Part shown: piece by piece, positions 1 to 12,148 of the stretch
How positions within the stretch are numbered: position 1 is the first letter of the stretch
Layout: every line of letters starts with the position of its first letter
NCBI GenBank assembly: GCA_951406725.2
Contig: OX597818.1
Span: 104,098,001 to 104,162,000 of the forward strand
Direction: 5' to 3'
Length of the DNA: 64,000 nt
DNA from: Octopus vulgaris
Lineage: Eukaryota
Program-made: the position numbers and the translations under genes
Notes under the pieces: model-generated
Database searches by the model: none
The model's input: only the letters and a program-made list of their open reading frames with translations
What the model was told of the DNA's origin: nothing

Positions 1-16
1 ATCTGTCATTGAATAT

Positions 17-345
17 TTGAAAAGCCTCAAGGCTCACAAGACTACCAAACCTACAAAAACCCAAAAATTACTGAAAAAATACAATATCAAAAATATACTT
101 GATATTGATGCCACCATAGAAACCATCAAACAAAAGGTATCTGCCAAAGCTGCCCGCATAGCGAGGTATGAAAAGCGTGTTAGATTTTTCAAGGACAACA
201 ACATGTTCAAAAATAACCCCAAGAATTTTTACAGGAAGATAGGAAAAACAGCGTTTACTGCAAGGTCTGTACCATCAAAAGAAGAAGTGCAGGGATTTTG
301 GAATAAAATCTGGGCAGAAGAAAAAACACACAACGAAAAGGCCCC
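17..345 (+). pseudogene. Upstream part of the same retrotransposon ORF, separated by a 1-bp frameshift near 341-347
   Basis: KQKVSAKAARIARYEKR..NNMFKNNPKNFY..PSKEEVQGFWNKIW..HNEKA is typical of the pre-RT region. Restoring one C in gcccctgg gives HNEKAPWIDRISTELDPLEEQKW, in frame with 379-2712. Confidence 0.8.
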
Positions 346-378
346 TGGATTGACAGAATATCTACAGAACTGGACCCC

Positions 379-2712
379 TTGGAAGAGCAAAAGTGGGAGG
401 GTGTCAAGGTAGAAGATATAAGATCTGCTCTCAGGAGGTCAAGCAAATGGAAGTCTCCAGGAAAGGATAAAATTCCTAACTTCTGGCTGAATGCCTTCCC
501 AGAGAGCCATGAACTGCTAACAGAACTGTACAATGATGTTTTGCAACAACCTAGTAGGATGCTACCTTGGCTAGTTAATGGGTTAACATTCCTGCTTCCA
601 AAAAGTGAAGAAACAAATGAACCAAAAAACTATAGACCCATAACCTGCTTAACAACTATGTACAAAACGCTAACATCTGTCCTGACGGAATATACCTATA
701 GTTTTTTAACAGACAGCAGCATATTCCCTAATGAAAAGAAAGGATGTAAACGTGGATCCTACGGCTGTAAAGACCAACTACTCATCAATAAGATGATCTT
801 AGAAGATTGTCACAAACGACACATAAACTTATCAATAGCCTGGATAGACTATAAAAAGGCTTTTGATAGCCTACCACATAGCTGGATTAGGAAATGCCTA
901 GAAATGTATAAGATAGCACCTACTCTGCGAAACTTCTTGACTGTAAGTATGAGATCATGGAGAACCACACTAACTCTGAACAGTGACAATGAATCCCTAA
1001 ATGCTGGTGATGTAAAAATTTCGTGTGGCATTTTCCAGGGTGACTCACTGTCACCACTCCTCTTTTGTTTATCCTTAATACCTCTCTCAAAGCTGCTCAA
1101 TGATGCGCAGTACGGGTATAAAATGTTTGATAAAAATATAAATCATCTCATTTACATGGATGATTTAAAGCTTTTTGCAAAAAATTACCAACAACTCAAG
1201 GGCTTACTAGCGATAATCAAACAATTCAGTGACGACATCAGAATGCAATTCGGCCTCGATAAATGTGCAAAAGCTACCTTTATCAAAGGAAAAATGACAG
1301 AAACATCTAACGTTAACCTTGACCATCAGAATGTCATAAAAGAACTAGACCCAGCGGAGAGCTACAAGTACCTAGGGGTAATTGAATGGAACGGAATAAG
1401 GCATTCAGAGATGAAGGAAAGGATCAGGAGAGAATGCTATCGAAGAGTGAGAGCAATACTCAAGACAGAGCTGAATGCAAGAAACAGGATCGAAGCGATC
1501 AATGCATTAGCCATACCAGTCGTGACTTACAGTTTCAATATTGTTAACTGGTCAATTACTGAAATATGTCAGCTCGACAGAAAAATAAGGAAACTGTTGA
1601 CAATGCATAGAATGCACCACCCTAAGGCAGATACAGAACGACTCTATCTGCCAAGAAAAGAGGGAGGCCGTGGTCTTTTGCAACTGGCAATAACAATGAA
1701 GATTGCTACAATTGGCCTAGACACCTACCTGAAAAAGTCTGAGGACTGGATGTTAAAACTTGTCTCAAAACATGAAAACAAGAAAGCATCATACTCAGTC
1801 ACAAAACAGGCAAAAGAATATCTAAGTGAATTCCGAATACAACCTATTTCGGAATTAGAGATAGACATACAAGAAACAAGCACAGAAAAAGCTAGGCGCA
1901 TGAAAACCCGTGCCAAAACTGCGGCCTTAGATATTCTGAATAATAAATGGCAAGAAAAACCTCTCTATGGCAAATACCCAAAGAGAGCGAATAATGCAGA
2001 TATTGACAAAGTCCTGACCCATCAATGGCTAAAGGCCTCTGGCTTAAAATCTGAAACAGAGGGGTTTATCATAGCAGCTCAAGATCAATGCCTACCAACA
2101 AGAAACTACCAGGCCAACATATTAAAGAACAGCAGTAGCCCAACATGTCGTGTATGCCGACAACAAAATGAAACCATTGATCATGTTGTCTCCAAATGCA
2201 GTCTTCTAGCGCCTACAGAGTACCTCAACAGGCATGATAGAGCTGAACAATATATTCACTGGGTAATTTGCAAAAACCTGGATTTGCTCCATGAAAAAAA
2301 CTGGTGGGAACACAATCCACCTCCAGTGCTTGAAAATGACCACACCTCACTCCTCTGGAACTTCACCATTCAAACTGACTGGAAGATAGATGCAAATAGG
2401 CCAGACATCATATTGAAAGACTTCAGACAAAGAACATGCCTCCTCATTGATATGACTGTCCCAATCGATATAAACGTATCTGTCAAGACCTACCAAAAAC
2501 TGAGCAAATATAAAGATCTTGAAATAGAAATCAGCAAAATGTGGAAGCTGAAGATTAAAACAATACCTGTTGTCATAGGTGCCCTGGGAATGATAGCGAA
2601 AGGGACTGTTTGCTACCTAACTCAGATACCAGGAAACCCCAAAATGGCAGAAATTCAAAAGATAGTGCTCATGGGAACTGCTCATATCCTACGCAAAATA
2701 CTCTCTATGTAA
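379..2712 (+). CDS. Retrotransposon polyprotein: reverse transcriptase, CCHC zinc knuckle, PD-(D/E)xK restriction-like endonuclease
   Basis: Motifs KSPGKDKI, NYRPITCL, WIDYKKAFDS, IFQGDSLSPLLF, YMDDLK, YKYLG, RLYLPRKEGGRGL, CRVC..ETIDHVVSKC, RHD, RPDIIL..LIDMTVP..KLSKY, PVVIGALG. The listed start is not a real start: the frame continues upstream across a frameshift. Confidence 0.93.
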   Translation: MEEQKWEGVKVEDIRSALRRSSKWKSPGKDKIPNFWLNAFPESHELLTELYNDVLQQPSRMLPWLVNGLTFLLPKSEETNEPKNYRPITCLTTMYKTLTSVLTEYTYSFLTDSSIFPNEKKGCKRGSYGCKDQLLINKMILEDCHKRHINLSIAWIDYKKAFDSLPHSWIRKCLEMYKIAPTLRNFLTVSMRSWRTTLTLNSDNESLNAGDVKISCGIFQGDSLSPLLFCLSLIPLSKLLNDAQYGYKMFDKNINHLIYMDDLKLFAKNYQQLKGLLAIIKQFSDDIRMQFGLDKCAKATFIKGKMTETSNVNLDHQNVIKELDPAESYKYLGVIEWNGIRHSEMKERIRRECYRRVRAILKTELNARNRIEAINALAIPVVTYSFNIVNWSITEICQLDRKIRKLLTMHRMHHPKADTERLYLPRKEGGRGLLQLAITMKIATIGLDTYLKKSEDWMLKLVSKHENKKASYSVTKQAKEYLSEFRIQPISELEIDIQETSTEKARRMKTRAKTAALDILNNKWQEKPLYGKYPKRANNADIDKVLTHQWLKASGLKSETEGFIIAAQDQCLPTRNYQANILKNSSSPTCRVCRQQNETIDHVVSKCSLLAPTEYLNRHDRAEQYIHWVICKNLDLLHEKNWWEHNPPPVLENDHTSLLWNFTIQTDWKIDANRPDIILKDFRQRTCLLIDMTVPIDINVSVKTYQKLSKYKDLEIEISKMWKLKIKTIPVVIGALGMIAKGTVCYLTQIPGNPKMAEIQKIVLMGTAHILRKILSM

Positions 2713-2940
2713 TCCCAAGGTTTAAAACAAACTTTTTTTTATTTTTTTATTTATCTATTTATTTTTTTTTTTTTATTTTATTTTTATGTATTAGACATTC
2801 ACTAGTACATCACAACCCCCCCCCCAAATATATGGCACAGAACTTCCAACCTGTTGTCTCTTGAGGTCTCTGGGTGAGACTTGGAGCCAACTTGTACAGA
2901 CATAAAGCAAAAGTCAAACATAGAATAATAATAATAATAA

Positions 2941-3320
2941 CATCGAAAATTACCTTACGAATGAGAACCCAATTTCGAAATTTACCCAAGACACCTGATG
3001 AAGGTTGGAGGGTATATCACCGGAAACCTTGTGTTAACAACAAATAAGATGAGGAAAGAATCCGTGACTTGCAAATAATGGAAATAATGTACATAATTCC
3101 ACATCTCTTAAATATAGAACTGCATTATATACATTATTTACATTAATTTTCGGCTGATATAGTCTCCAGCCTTCATCAGGTATCTTGGGGAAATTTCGAA
3201 CCTGGGTTATCGACTCCTGATGAAGGCTGGAGAACACATCAGCCGAAATGTTGTGCTTACAACAACAAAAATTAGGACAAATATCCGTCAAATGTTAAAA
3301 ATATAAATAACGTAAATAAT
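2941..3320. mobile_element. Penelope-like (pLTR-type) non-coding repeat cluster with three hammerhead-like motifs (+,-,+)
   Basis: CTGATGA-A-stem II-GAAA at 2995-3026 (+), 3148-3179 (-) and 3217-3248 (+). The same repeat family recurs at 9765-9970 and 59363-59753. Confidence 0.7.
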
Positions 3321-3354
3321 GAGATTAGTTTATTCTTATCTTTATTGACAAGCG

Positions 3355-3558
3355 TTTCGAAAAGGCATGGCTTTGAGATTAGAATTTCGGGGGAAGGGTA
3401 AGCCGCTTAAATCAAACCCAATGCTCAACTGTTACTTATTTTATCGACCCCGGAAGGGTGATAGGCAAAGTGGACCTCGACGAAACTTGAACTCAGAATG
3501 TAAAGTCGGACGAAATACCGCAAAACATTCTGTCCGGACTGCTAACGATTCTGGCAGT
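3355..3558 (-). mobile_element. Short tRNA-like-headed SINE, family D
   Basis: Shares ttctgagttcaa..gaggtccactttgcct..tcggggtcgataaaataagt with many other copies in the window. Confidence 0.65.
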
Positions 3559-3585
3559 TCGACGTATTTTACCTTTATATATTAA

Positions 3586-3770
3586 CTAGCAGTATCGCCC
3601 GGCGTTGCTCGGGTTTGTAAGGGAAATAACTATAAAGCATTTTTAGTGAGTTATAGCCAAAAAATGGGGAAAAAAATGATGGTAAATTTTTTTTGGTTAA
3701 AAAGGTCGAGTTGCGCCCCCCTAGACAGTCTGGTTTGTGTTTCTGATTCTCGACACCATGTCAATCGGTT
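3586..3770 (-). mobile_element. Helitron 3' terminus fragment
   Basis: Minus strand reads acccgagcaacgccggg (GC hairpin, 3598-3613), 8 nt, then CTAG-T, the canonical Helitron 3' end. Upstream boundary uncertain. Confidence 0.65.
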
Positions 3771-3807
3771 GAAGAAGATGAACCATTTATATCATAAAGA
3801 TATTAAG

Positions 3808-3985
3808 TGGGCTGTCTGGAAGAAACGTTACTGCGGATTTCGTCCATCTTTAAGTCCTGAGTTCAAATTCCACTAAGGTCGAGTTTACCACTCTTCCTTT
3901 CGGTGTCAATAAAATTAATACCTGTTGAGGAGTGGGAAAAATGTAATCAACTTACCCCTCCCCCTAAACTGCTGGCTTTGAAATC
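3808..3985 (+). mobile_element. SINE family D copy
   Basis: gagttcaaattccactaaggtcgagttt..cctttcggtgtcaataaaattaatacc..ttacccctcccc matches the other copies. Confidence 0.6.
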
Positions 3986-4134
3986 TATTGTACTTGTGAT
4001 ATTACAGTTTGCGCAAACATCATAAGTCTCCAAACCATGAATATCAACGTAATTTCCGTAAATTTTGTCAGCAAGAGAAATCATTGACCAGACATATACG
4101 CAATGAGAAACATTGAAACGATGCTACTGCATCT

Positions 4135-4886
4135 TCAGAAACAACCATCATTGCCGTCATAACCACCATCGTCGGCACCACCGCCACCACCGCCAAAATC
4201 ACCACAACCATCCCCGCCGAAACCACCCCCACTATCACACAATCCATCCTCCGCCATCATCCCTACGACCGCCGCAACCTTCACAGCCGCCGCCGCCATC
4301 ACCACCACGTCTGCCATCATCACCGCCACCCTCGTCACCACCGCCGCCTCCATTTATAGTCATATTCATTTCTGCATGTCGGAGTGTGTGAAGTACGGTT
4401 CTCATCTAAGCGGAGACACGTTGTAACAGGCAAGATTGATCTGCGGGTCATACCTCTTCGCTTGTCTAGCAACCTAGTTAGCATAGGACTGCTTGAAGCG
4501 ATACGTATCAACGCTGCACAACATCTACAACAAGAACAACATCAACAGACACTACAGTTACAACTATAAATACCATTACCTAAAATACAACCTCCACTCT
4601 ACAAATACCACCACCGACAACAACAACAACACCGCCACCACCGCTAGCACCACAACCACCGGCTTTACATCTACCCCCTACCAGCAACACGAACAACAAT
4701 GCCATACACAATACCACATGCAAACGCCAACACAACCGATCGTGTTTTTCCAACTGTAATGCAAACACCTCCGCCGCCGCGACACCAAACCATGAAACTG
4801 CACTAATAATGGTTTCAAATTTTCGCACATGGCCAGCAATTTCGGCGGCGGAGGCGGCGGCGGCGGCGGCGGAGGCGGCGGTGGAG

Positions 4887-4931
<45 letters not shown>

Positions 4932-4970
4932 AAGGTGGTGGTCGTCGTCGTCGTCGTCGTCGTCGTCGTT
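4135..4970. repeat. Degenerate trinucleotide low-complexity region (CAC/CCG/CAA) ending in (GGC/GGA)n and (GTC)n tracts at 4843-4970
   Basis: Visible directly; explains the poly-G/A/T/R/P ORFs. Confidence 0.9.
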
Positions 4971-4999
4971 GTAGGGTTTCGTTGATTGTATGGAACCCC

Positions 5000-5592
5000 C
5001 ACCCCCCGGGGTTGAACTTAATTTACCGACGCCGAAAGGATGAATATCAAAGTGGACCTCGGCGGAATTTGAATTCAGAAAGTGAAGAGGGTCAAAATGC
5101 CGTCAAGAATTTGGTCCGGCGTGTTATGATATTTCCCGTTCAGAACCTTAAACGTGAGCAATATCTGTTTAAATTATGTCACAAGGCTAGCAATTTTGGA
5201 TGAGGGCACAAGTCTATTACATCGATCCAGGTGCTCAAATGCTACCCACTCTATTGAATCCGTAAATGGGTGAAAGGCACAATGGACCACGGTATCATTT
5301 TATCTCAGAACGTAATGTCTGAAGAAATGCCCTTAAGAATTCTGATGCTACCAGCGCGAAGCCTTAAACCACAGTAATATCGTTCACCTTTAGGCGCAAT
5401 ACCTGGAATTTTAGAGGAGAATGGCTGGTCGAATTTATCGACCCGATGCTTAAGTGGAACTCGCCTTAGTGACACCAGAAATGAATGAAAGACAAAGTGG
5501 GCCTCGGTGGCATTTGAACAGAAAACGTAAATTCGGAAGAAATTCCGATAAGCATTTTTCTAGGGCGTGGTAACGATTTTGTCATTTCGCCG
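5000..5592 (-). mobile_element. Three tandem, diverged SINE family D copies
   Basis: Repeated aaagtggacctcggcggaatttgaa..cagaa blocks near 5050, 5280 and 5495. Confidence 0.6.
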
Positions 5593-6483
5593 CCTTAAAT
5601 CTCAATAACTTTGCAAAGAGAACCATCTCTGTAACCGCCATCTGTTGAGAGCAGTTTCCACGTAACCATAGTAATTCGTATTCAAAACCATTATCATTAT
5701 AGCTTACGGCGTATCCCCAACTACTAGCTCTGACTGCTAAGATTAATACGGACACCAACCGTAACATCACCCTAGTCTGTCTGCTGCTACCAGCAACACC
5801 ACAGCAACAACGACGATAACAGCAACTACAACCAATAAAAGCCTACACCAACTACGTCCCCCTTAGTACAATCAGCTTTCGCCAGTAATAAATTCATTTC
5901 GACCACCGGCACTACGAACCACCGCAACACCATTTTAATCATCATCTCCATCATCGCCATTACCGTCAAACCCCGACGCCGCTGCTACCATCTCGCAACC
6001 AACAGCAAACACAACCATAACAGCCATGAGCTAGTCGACTACCAGTGGTCGCCAACACTGCCGGCATTGCCCTTAACATCAACATCTGACACCAACTCCA
6101 CCACCACCTGTACTACTAATACCATCAAAAATACTACCACCACCACCAACAACAACAAAACCGTCACTGCCGTCACACCATCGCCAGCTCTAGTAGCAGC
6201 ATACCTTGCTGTCAATATTGCGAGACAAGCTATGTTATGTAACCCTGAGGCTAGTATAATACATCTGTCATATGCCACCGTTTTGAGATAACATATTCTG
6301 CCGCACGATCTACTTCAATCAGAATAATATTTTATACGGTACGTACTCTCAAGAGACTGGACAAGGTGCTGACAGTTTTCGAGTTTTTGTACTGCCTTGT
6401 TTTATGTTTTTTTCCTTCCTCTCTTCAGATCTATTCACCAGCTGAATAGCTAAGTTTTAAAAATGTATGTGTGCGCGCGCGTG

Positions 6484-6553
<70 letters not shown>

Positions 6554-8191
6554 CATATACATAAACATATATAAACATATACATAACATATATATATATA
6601 TATACATAAATACACACTCATTTATATATAGATATATATACTATATATATATATGTATGTGTGTGTCTGTGTGTGAGTGTATTTATATATATATATATAT
6701 GGACAATTCAAAGCATGAATAAATACTGGCTATTTCTGAGACTAAATAATGAATTATTTTAACATGAAACAATACCACATTGTTCTTATATTTTCTTTTG
6801 TATGGAAAAGAACAGATATATGATGGAGCCGAAAATACTACATTGCTTGTTCGTATTTCCTACACCGTTAAGTAATTGAAATGAAAATGAGTGGTATGTG
6901 ACTGACTGTAACGCTGGCTTGTAAAAGCATCCACGCTAGCTGGGCTCAGTGTCAGGCTAAATACACACTTTCGATATGTTATTGGACTGATATAAATGAA
7001 TTTACCCAATGCGCCTCTTGGATCAGAAATGGATCCTTCGGCTTTAGGATATATTTTAAGTACAGTAGAATTTTAACTTTAAGTAATTTTTAGTTTACTT
7101 TAGATGTGACGAATCAGGCAAATTCTAGTGAAGAAATCTTGTTCTGCACTTTTCCAGGTGTAATAACTTAAGAATATTATCATGCATGGGCCCGCAGTTT
7201 TGATTGTAATCCACGTTTTTCAAGGCATTGCAATAAAAATAAAAAATTTTTAGGTTTAAAAATATTTGAATTAAATGAAACTCGCCTGTATATTTATTTC
7301 TTTTAAACTCAATAATATTTCACGATAATGAGAAATTTAATTATAATTGTAAAATATATTAGATCCTGTATCTTCACTGTATATAATTTTTTTAATAATT
7401 ATAATAATGAAATAATTGTATACAGTGCTCAGGCGCACCACATATTGAAACAAACTGCATAAAACAAAAGCGCGAAAAAGAAAGTGCAAAAGTTCATTAT
7501 GAAAAATAAAGTTCTATAAAATAGTCAATATTAATGCAATACTAATTTTATTATAAAATCAGGAAATAAATTAGCTATATCTATATATAGTAAGAACAGC
7601 TAGCAAGAAGAGGTATGAGGATATACTAGCGGTATAGTAAGAAGAGAATTTGATCATACGAATAGTAAAGCCATGGCTAAAATAAAATTTTAGAATTTGC
7701 AAAGATAGCCAATAGAGCCACCGTAAGGCAGAAGGAGCCACCTGGCCTTGTCATGGCAATGTTAGTTTGTTACTCGAAATTTATGTAAAATAAAACCTGC
7801 ACCTAAGCTACTGCTGTTGTCAACTTGCCTGAGAATAAAAAAAAAATCTGAATCATGCTATTCTGAAAATCCAAAACACTATCAAGTTACCCTATGCAAA
7901 AATAATCTAAATGCTGTAACTCTTAATATTGAATTAAAGTTTAGAGGCAAACAAAAAGAATTTTATTAAAAGTGCAAAAGGTCTTACAACTTTCGTCGTC
8001 GTAATGCTTTGCTTTCGTTTGTTTAATAAAAATTCCTGCTCGTATAATGATCTTGCTTTCATTTTGTGATAGACAACTATCTTGCGGAAAATGCCAGCTG
8101 CTAAATCCTGTTTTCGGATTAGGTAAACATGATTAAACTTTAAACCTCAGTAACAATAATCTGTAATAACTATGTATGTATCTACGTATGG

Positions 8192-8241
<50 letters not shown>

Positions 8242-8290
8242 ATACATACATACATACATACATACATACATACATACATACATACATACA

Positions 8291-8323
<33 letters not shown>

Positions 8324-8584
8324 GAATGTATATGCATGCGTGTCTGTGGAAGAGTGCTTATTTAAGATGGACAGCAGAATGGAGTCCACTTATCAATTGT
8401 TGTAAGCTTACCCCCACCATCCTTAAAGCTACGTATTCGTCACACATTTGTTCCCCTTCGTGAGCGTTTTTAAAAGTTACGTATATGTATGTGCACTGCA
8501 TTCGTGTGTGTGTGAGTGTGTTTGTATGGGTGTCTGTGTGTATTTACGAAAGTATGTATGCATCCTCGCGTGTATATACCTGAA

Positions 8585-9757
8585 GTCGATTTCAGGCGAA
8601 AATCTCATGTATTTTAAGTCTCAACTTTTTTTCTACTGAACCAAATTTCAAATTGTGCAGCTTAAAATGTAGCTTAGAAGATGACCAATCTAAAAATGTA
8701 TAAGGATCATCAAATTTGGAACAAAACTGAATTAGTGACAAAGTCCAGAAGTGGTCGCGAGTGAGTAAATGTTGACCTTAAGAAAATCACTCACACACCG
8801 CCATTCATTACAATATATATTTATTACAATATAGTGCATTCTATGAATATAAAGTAGATCTTTGCAAGATACCACGATATTGAATTGAATCAAACGTTTT
8901 GGAATTTTGGTTTCCAATTTTGACAGAAGGTCATCAAATCTGGAGGGGACGGGAGTTGATTACATCGACCTCAGTGCTCAGCTGGTGCTCATTTTATCGA
9001 GTACCGAGCAGAGTACCGAGCTCGACGTCTTACTACTGCGATAAGTAATACCATTACTTGAAAATTGTGTTCCGTACTTTTGGTTCATTTATCTTATGTA
9101 ATATCTTTGTTTCATTTTGAATATTTTTTGAAAATATTAGCGCCACGACATTAGACTTGACGAGTTTTATATGAGCTAAACAAAAACATTTTTTTACACA
9201 AAGCGAAATCTTTAGTTAATGAATTTGCTTTAAGGTGTTACCACTATTTTCCGCACGTTTGGACCCACTGGTTTTTTATGTAATTTTGTTTTCATATAAT
9301 TAGCATCATGGGATTCCTATACTTGAGATTTATCAGAAAATTGGAATTTAAATATAGTTTTCTTTTGAAATAAAAATAATATTTGGAGTCAATATCGATT
9401 TTAGGCGTTAATCATTTTTTTTTCGACGGTTTTTACCTAAGTAATAATTTTATACCGATTATTTTTGTATATATCTAACATGGATAGATTCCTGTCACGA
9501 AGATATATCATACAAGCTCAATTAAAAATATAGATTAAATTAAAAATATATATATATTTGGACACAGAGTCAAATTCAGGCGTTACTTTTCTTCTTTTGA
9601 CCTCACATATACTACTGAAAAACTTTTTTCTACCCTAGCAATTTTAAAATTTTCTAGCTGAAAATGTAGCTTCGAATGTGACCATTCCAATTTGGTTAAG
9701 AACTGAGTTAGTGAGACAGCCTAGAATTTGTCACGAGTGAGTAAATGTTAACCTTAA
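8585..9757. repeat. Two diverged copies of a repeat end (~8585-8781 and ~9570-9757); possible non-autonomous TTAA-type DNA transposon
   Basis: Both share aaaatgtagctt.gaa..tgacca and end in gagtgagtaaatgtt(g/a)accTTAA. A possible left end TTAAggt lies at 9230. Confidence 0.4.
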
Positions 9758-9764
9758 GAATATT

Positions 9765-9970
9765 ACATTATTTAAATTTGACGGATATTTGTCCTCATCT
9801 TGTTCGTTGTTAACACAACGTTTCGGTTGATATACCCTCCGGCCTTCATCAGGTGTCTTGGGGAAATTTCGTACCTGGGTATATCATCGGAAACCTTGAG
9901 TTAACAACAAACAACATGAGGACAAATATCCGTCAAATATAATGTAAATAATTCCTCATCTCTTAAATAA
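9765..9970. mobile_element. Penelope-like repeat in inverted arrangement
   Basis: Minus copy (~9765-9880) fused to a partial plus copy (~9877-9970) of the repeat seen at 2941-3320. Confidence 0.7.
9812..9857 (-). ncRNA. Minimal type I hammerhead ribozyme motif (core intact, stem II with two mismatches)
   Basis: GACAC-CUGAUGA-A-GGCCG..CAACC-GAAAC-GU-U-GUGUU. Stem I is GACAC/GUGUU, stem III is palindromic ACGU, cleavage triplet GUU. Confidence 0.65.
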
Positions 9971-10028
9971 AGCAGCTTAAGTATATTTTTCACACACTAC
10001 CGTGTATGTATGATATGCATGTATATGA

Positions 10029-10063
<35 letters not shown>

Positions 10064-10364
10064 CGTGTATGCGTATGTGTGTGTGTGTTTGTGTTTGTGT
10101 GTGTATGTGTGCATGTGTGTGTGTTTGTGTTTGTGTGTGTGAGCGTGTGCGTGTGTGTGTTTGACAGGCGAGCAGCAAGGACGCAGTTACATGCGGGAGT
10201 GGTAATGTGAATCACCCAGCATTGAGAAAATGAGGAAGGCCACGGTGGAGACCCAGCATGACTGCTTCGGCATGGCTGAAACGAGTAAAAGATAAACGAT
10301 AGAAGATTTGAGTGTGTGTGTGTGTGTATCCGATGTTTCTTTTGGTGCTTATTATCAATATATT

Positions 10365-10792
10365 ACTTTATACTCTTTTTACTCTTTTATTTGTTTCAGG
10401 CATTTGACTGTGGCCATGCTGGAGCACCGCCTTTAGTCGAGCAAATCGATCCCAGGACTTATACTTTGTAAGCCTAGTACTTATTCTATTGGTCACTTTT
10501 GCCGAACCGCTAAGTTACGGGGACGTAAACACACCAGCATCGGTTGTCAAGCGATGTTGGGGTGGGACAAACACAGACACTAACATATGCACACACACAC
10601 ACATACACACACACACACATATATATATATATACGACGGGCTTCTTTCAGTTTCCATCTACCAAATCCATTCACAAGGCTTTGGTCAGCCCGAGGCTATA
10701 GCAGAAGACACCTGCCCAAGGTGCCACGCAGTGGGGCTGAACCCAGAATCATGTGGTTGGTAAGCAAGCTACTTACGACACAGCCACTCCTG
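10365..10792 (-). mobile_element. tRNA-derived SINE family A, full length, with internal (TA)n/(TG)n tract
   Basis: A-box-like tggctgtgtcgt, B-box-like gggttcagcccc, conserved body and gaaacaaataaaagagtaaaaaga tail. Multiple copies in the window. Confidence 0.85.
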
Positions 10793-11237
10793 TATATCTT
10801 TATGAAAAAAACATATTTTAAGAATTAACACTTGTTACTTTAGCTGGATCCTACGATTTAGTATTTCTCTCACCTTGTCAAATTGACATATATACATTGA
10901 TAGCGATTCTGTATTACATAATATTTAACTCATTCGAGGTTTTCAACTTTAAAAATGTCCGCCATGTTTTTCTTTAGTGTATAGAAGATATTAAAATTAT
11001 TTCTAAATATATTACTGCATCTCAGAATAATTCCTAACACTATTAATAACTAGCACACCGCGAAGACTGCACCTTCTTTATTTATTTATTTATCCAGTTA
11101 TTTATTTATTCATTTATTTATTTACTTTTTGTTCATTTAAAATTTAGTTACAGAAAGGGATGGACTGGAGTATTTTGAATAATAACTAAAGAAAGAAAGA
11201 ACGAAAGAAAGGAAGGAAAGAAGGAAGAAAGAAAGAC

Positions 11238-11288
<51 letters not shown>

Positions 11289-11809
11289 AAACAATTAATT
11301 GTTCTCTATATTATGGCGTGAATATTATTCTTGAGTTCTGTTAGAAATTCAAGTTCTATACGGAAAAAAATTGAAGTATCTGTTTAAATCTCCAGTGTAT
11401 TTCAGATTTAGTTTTACAAAACTGAATTCTTTTAAGCACCAGTCTCTTATTTCACGCTCATTACACAAAGGTCCGCCCCTAGAGATCATTGGTAATTTTC
11501 AGGTGTAAATTGCAAATACGAGTGAAAGAATATGCCCACAAGCGTACATACACACACACGCACAAACATATATATATATCTATGTATACAGAAGAGAAAA
11601 ATGAATATTTAATGTGCTTTCAGTTCCAGTCTTTCCGTATTTCTACAGTTATCTGCCGTACAATTTGGATATGTGCACGTGTGTGTAATTGTGTGGGTGT
11701 GAGTGTGAGAGTCTGAGTATGCATGTGTGTGGTGTGTATATACTTACACACACATACTATAGCAAACAAGAGTAAATAATATATACTAAACCTTATACAT
11801 TTGCTACTT

Positions 11810-11874
<65 letters not shown>

Positions 11875-11910
11875 TTTATATACTTATATATATACTTATA
11901 TATATATACT

Positions 11911-11941
<31 letters not shown>

Positions 11942-12059
11942 GCAAGACGTGTGTCGTATATATATGTGTGTGTGTATATGTGTGTATGTGTATGTGTGTG
12001 TATGTGTGTGTGCGTATATGTGTGTATGTGTATGTGTGTGTGTGTGTGTGTGTGTGTTT

Positions 12060-12148
12060 GTGTCTGTGTTTGTACCTCCACCACTGCTTGACAACCGATC
12101 TTGATGTGTTTACGTCCCCGTAAATTAGCGGTTCGGCAAAAGGGAACG
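12060..12148 (+). mobile_element. SINE family A, 3' half fragment
   Basis: gcttgacaaccgat..gtgtttacgtccccgtaa.ttagcggttcggcaaaag. Confidence 0.7.

Larger units (their letters stand above)
1..2940 (+). mobile_element. R4/Dong-clade non-LTR retrotransposon (RT + CCHC + restriction-like endonuclease); 5' end lies outside the window
   Basis: Long RT-RLE ORF, about 210 bp of 3' UTR, then a (TAA)n tail at ~2925-2940. Dong-type elements are known to insert in TAA repeats. Confidence 0.9.

Noticed and set aside
4113-5203. Pro/His/Thr/Ala/Gly-rich ORFs
   Set aside because: Trinucleotide low-complexity sequence with no domain, running into SINE sequence.
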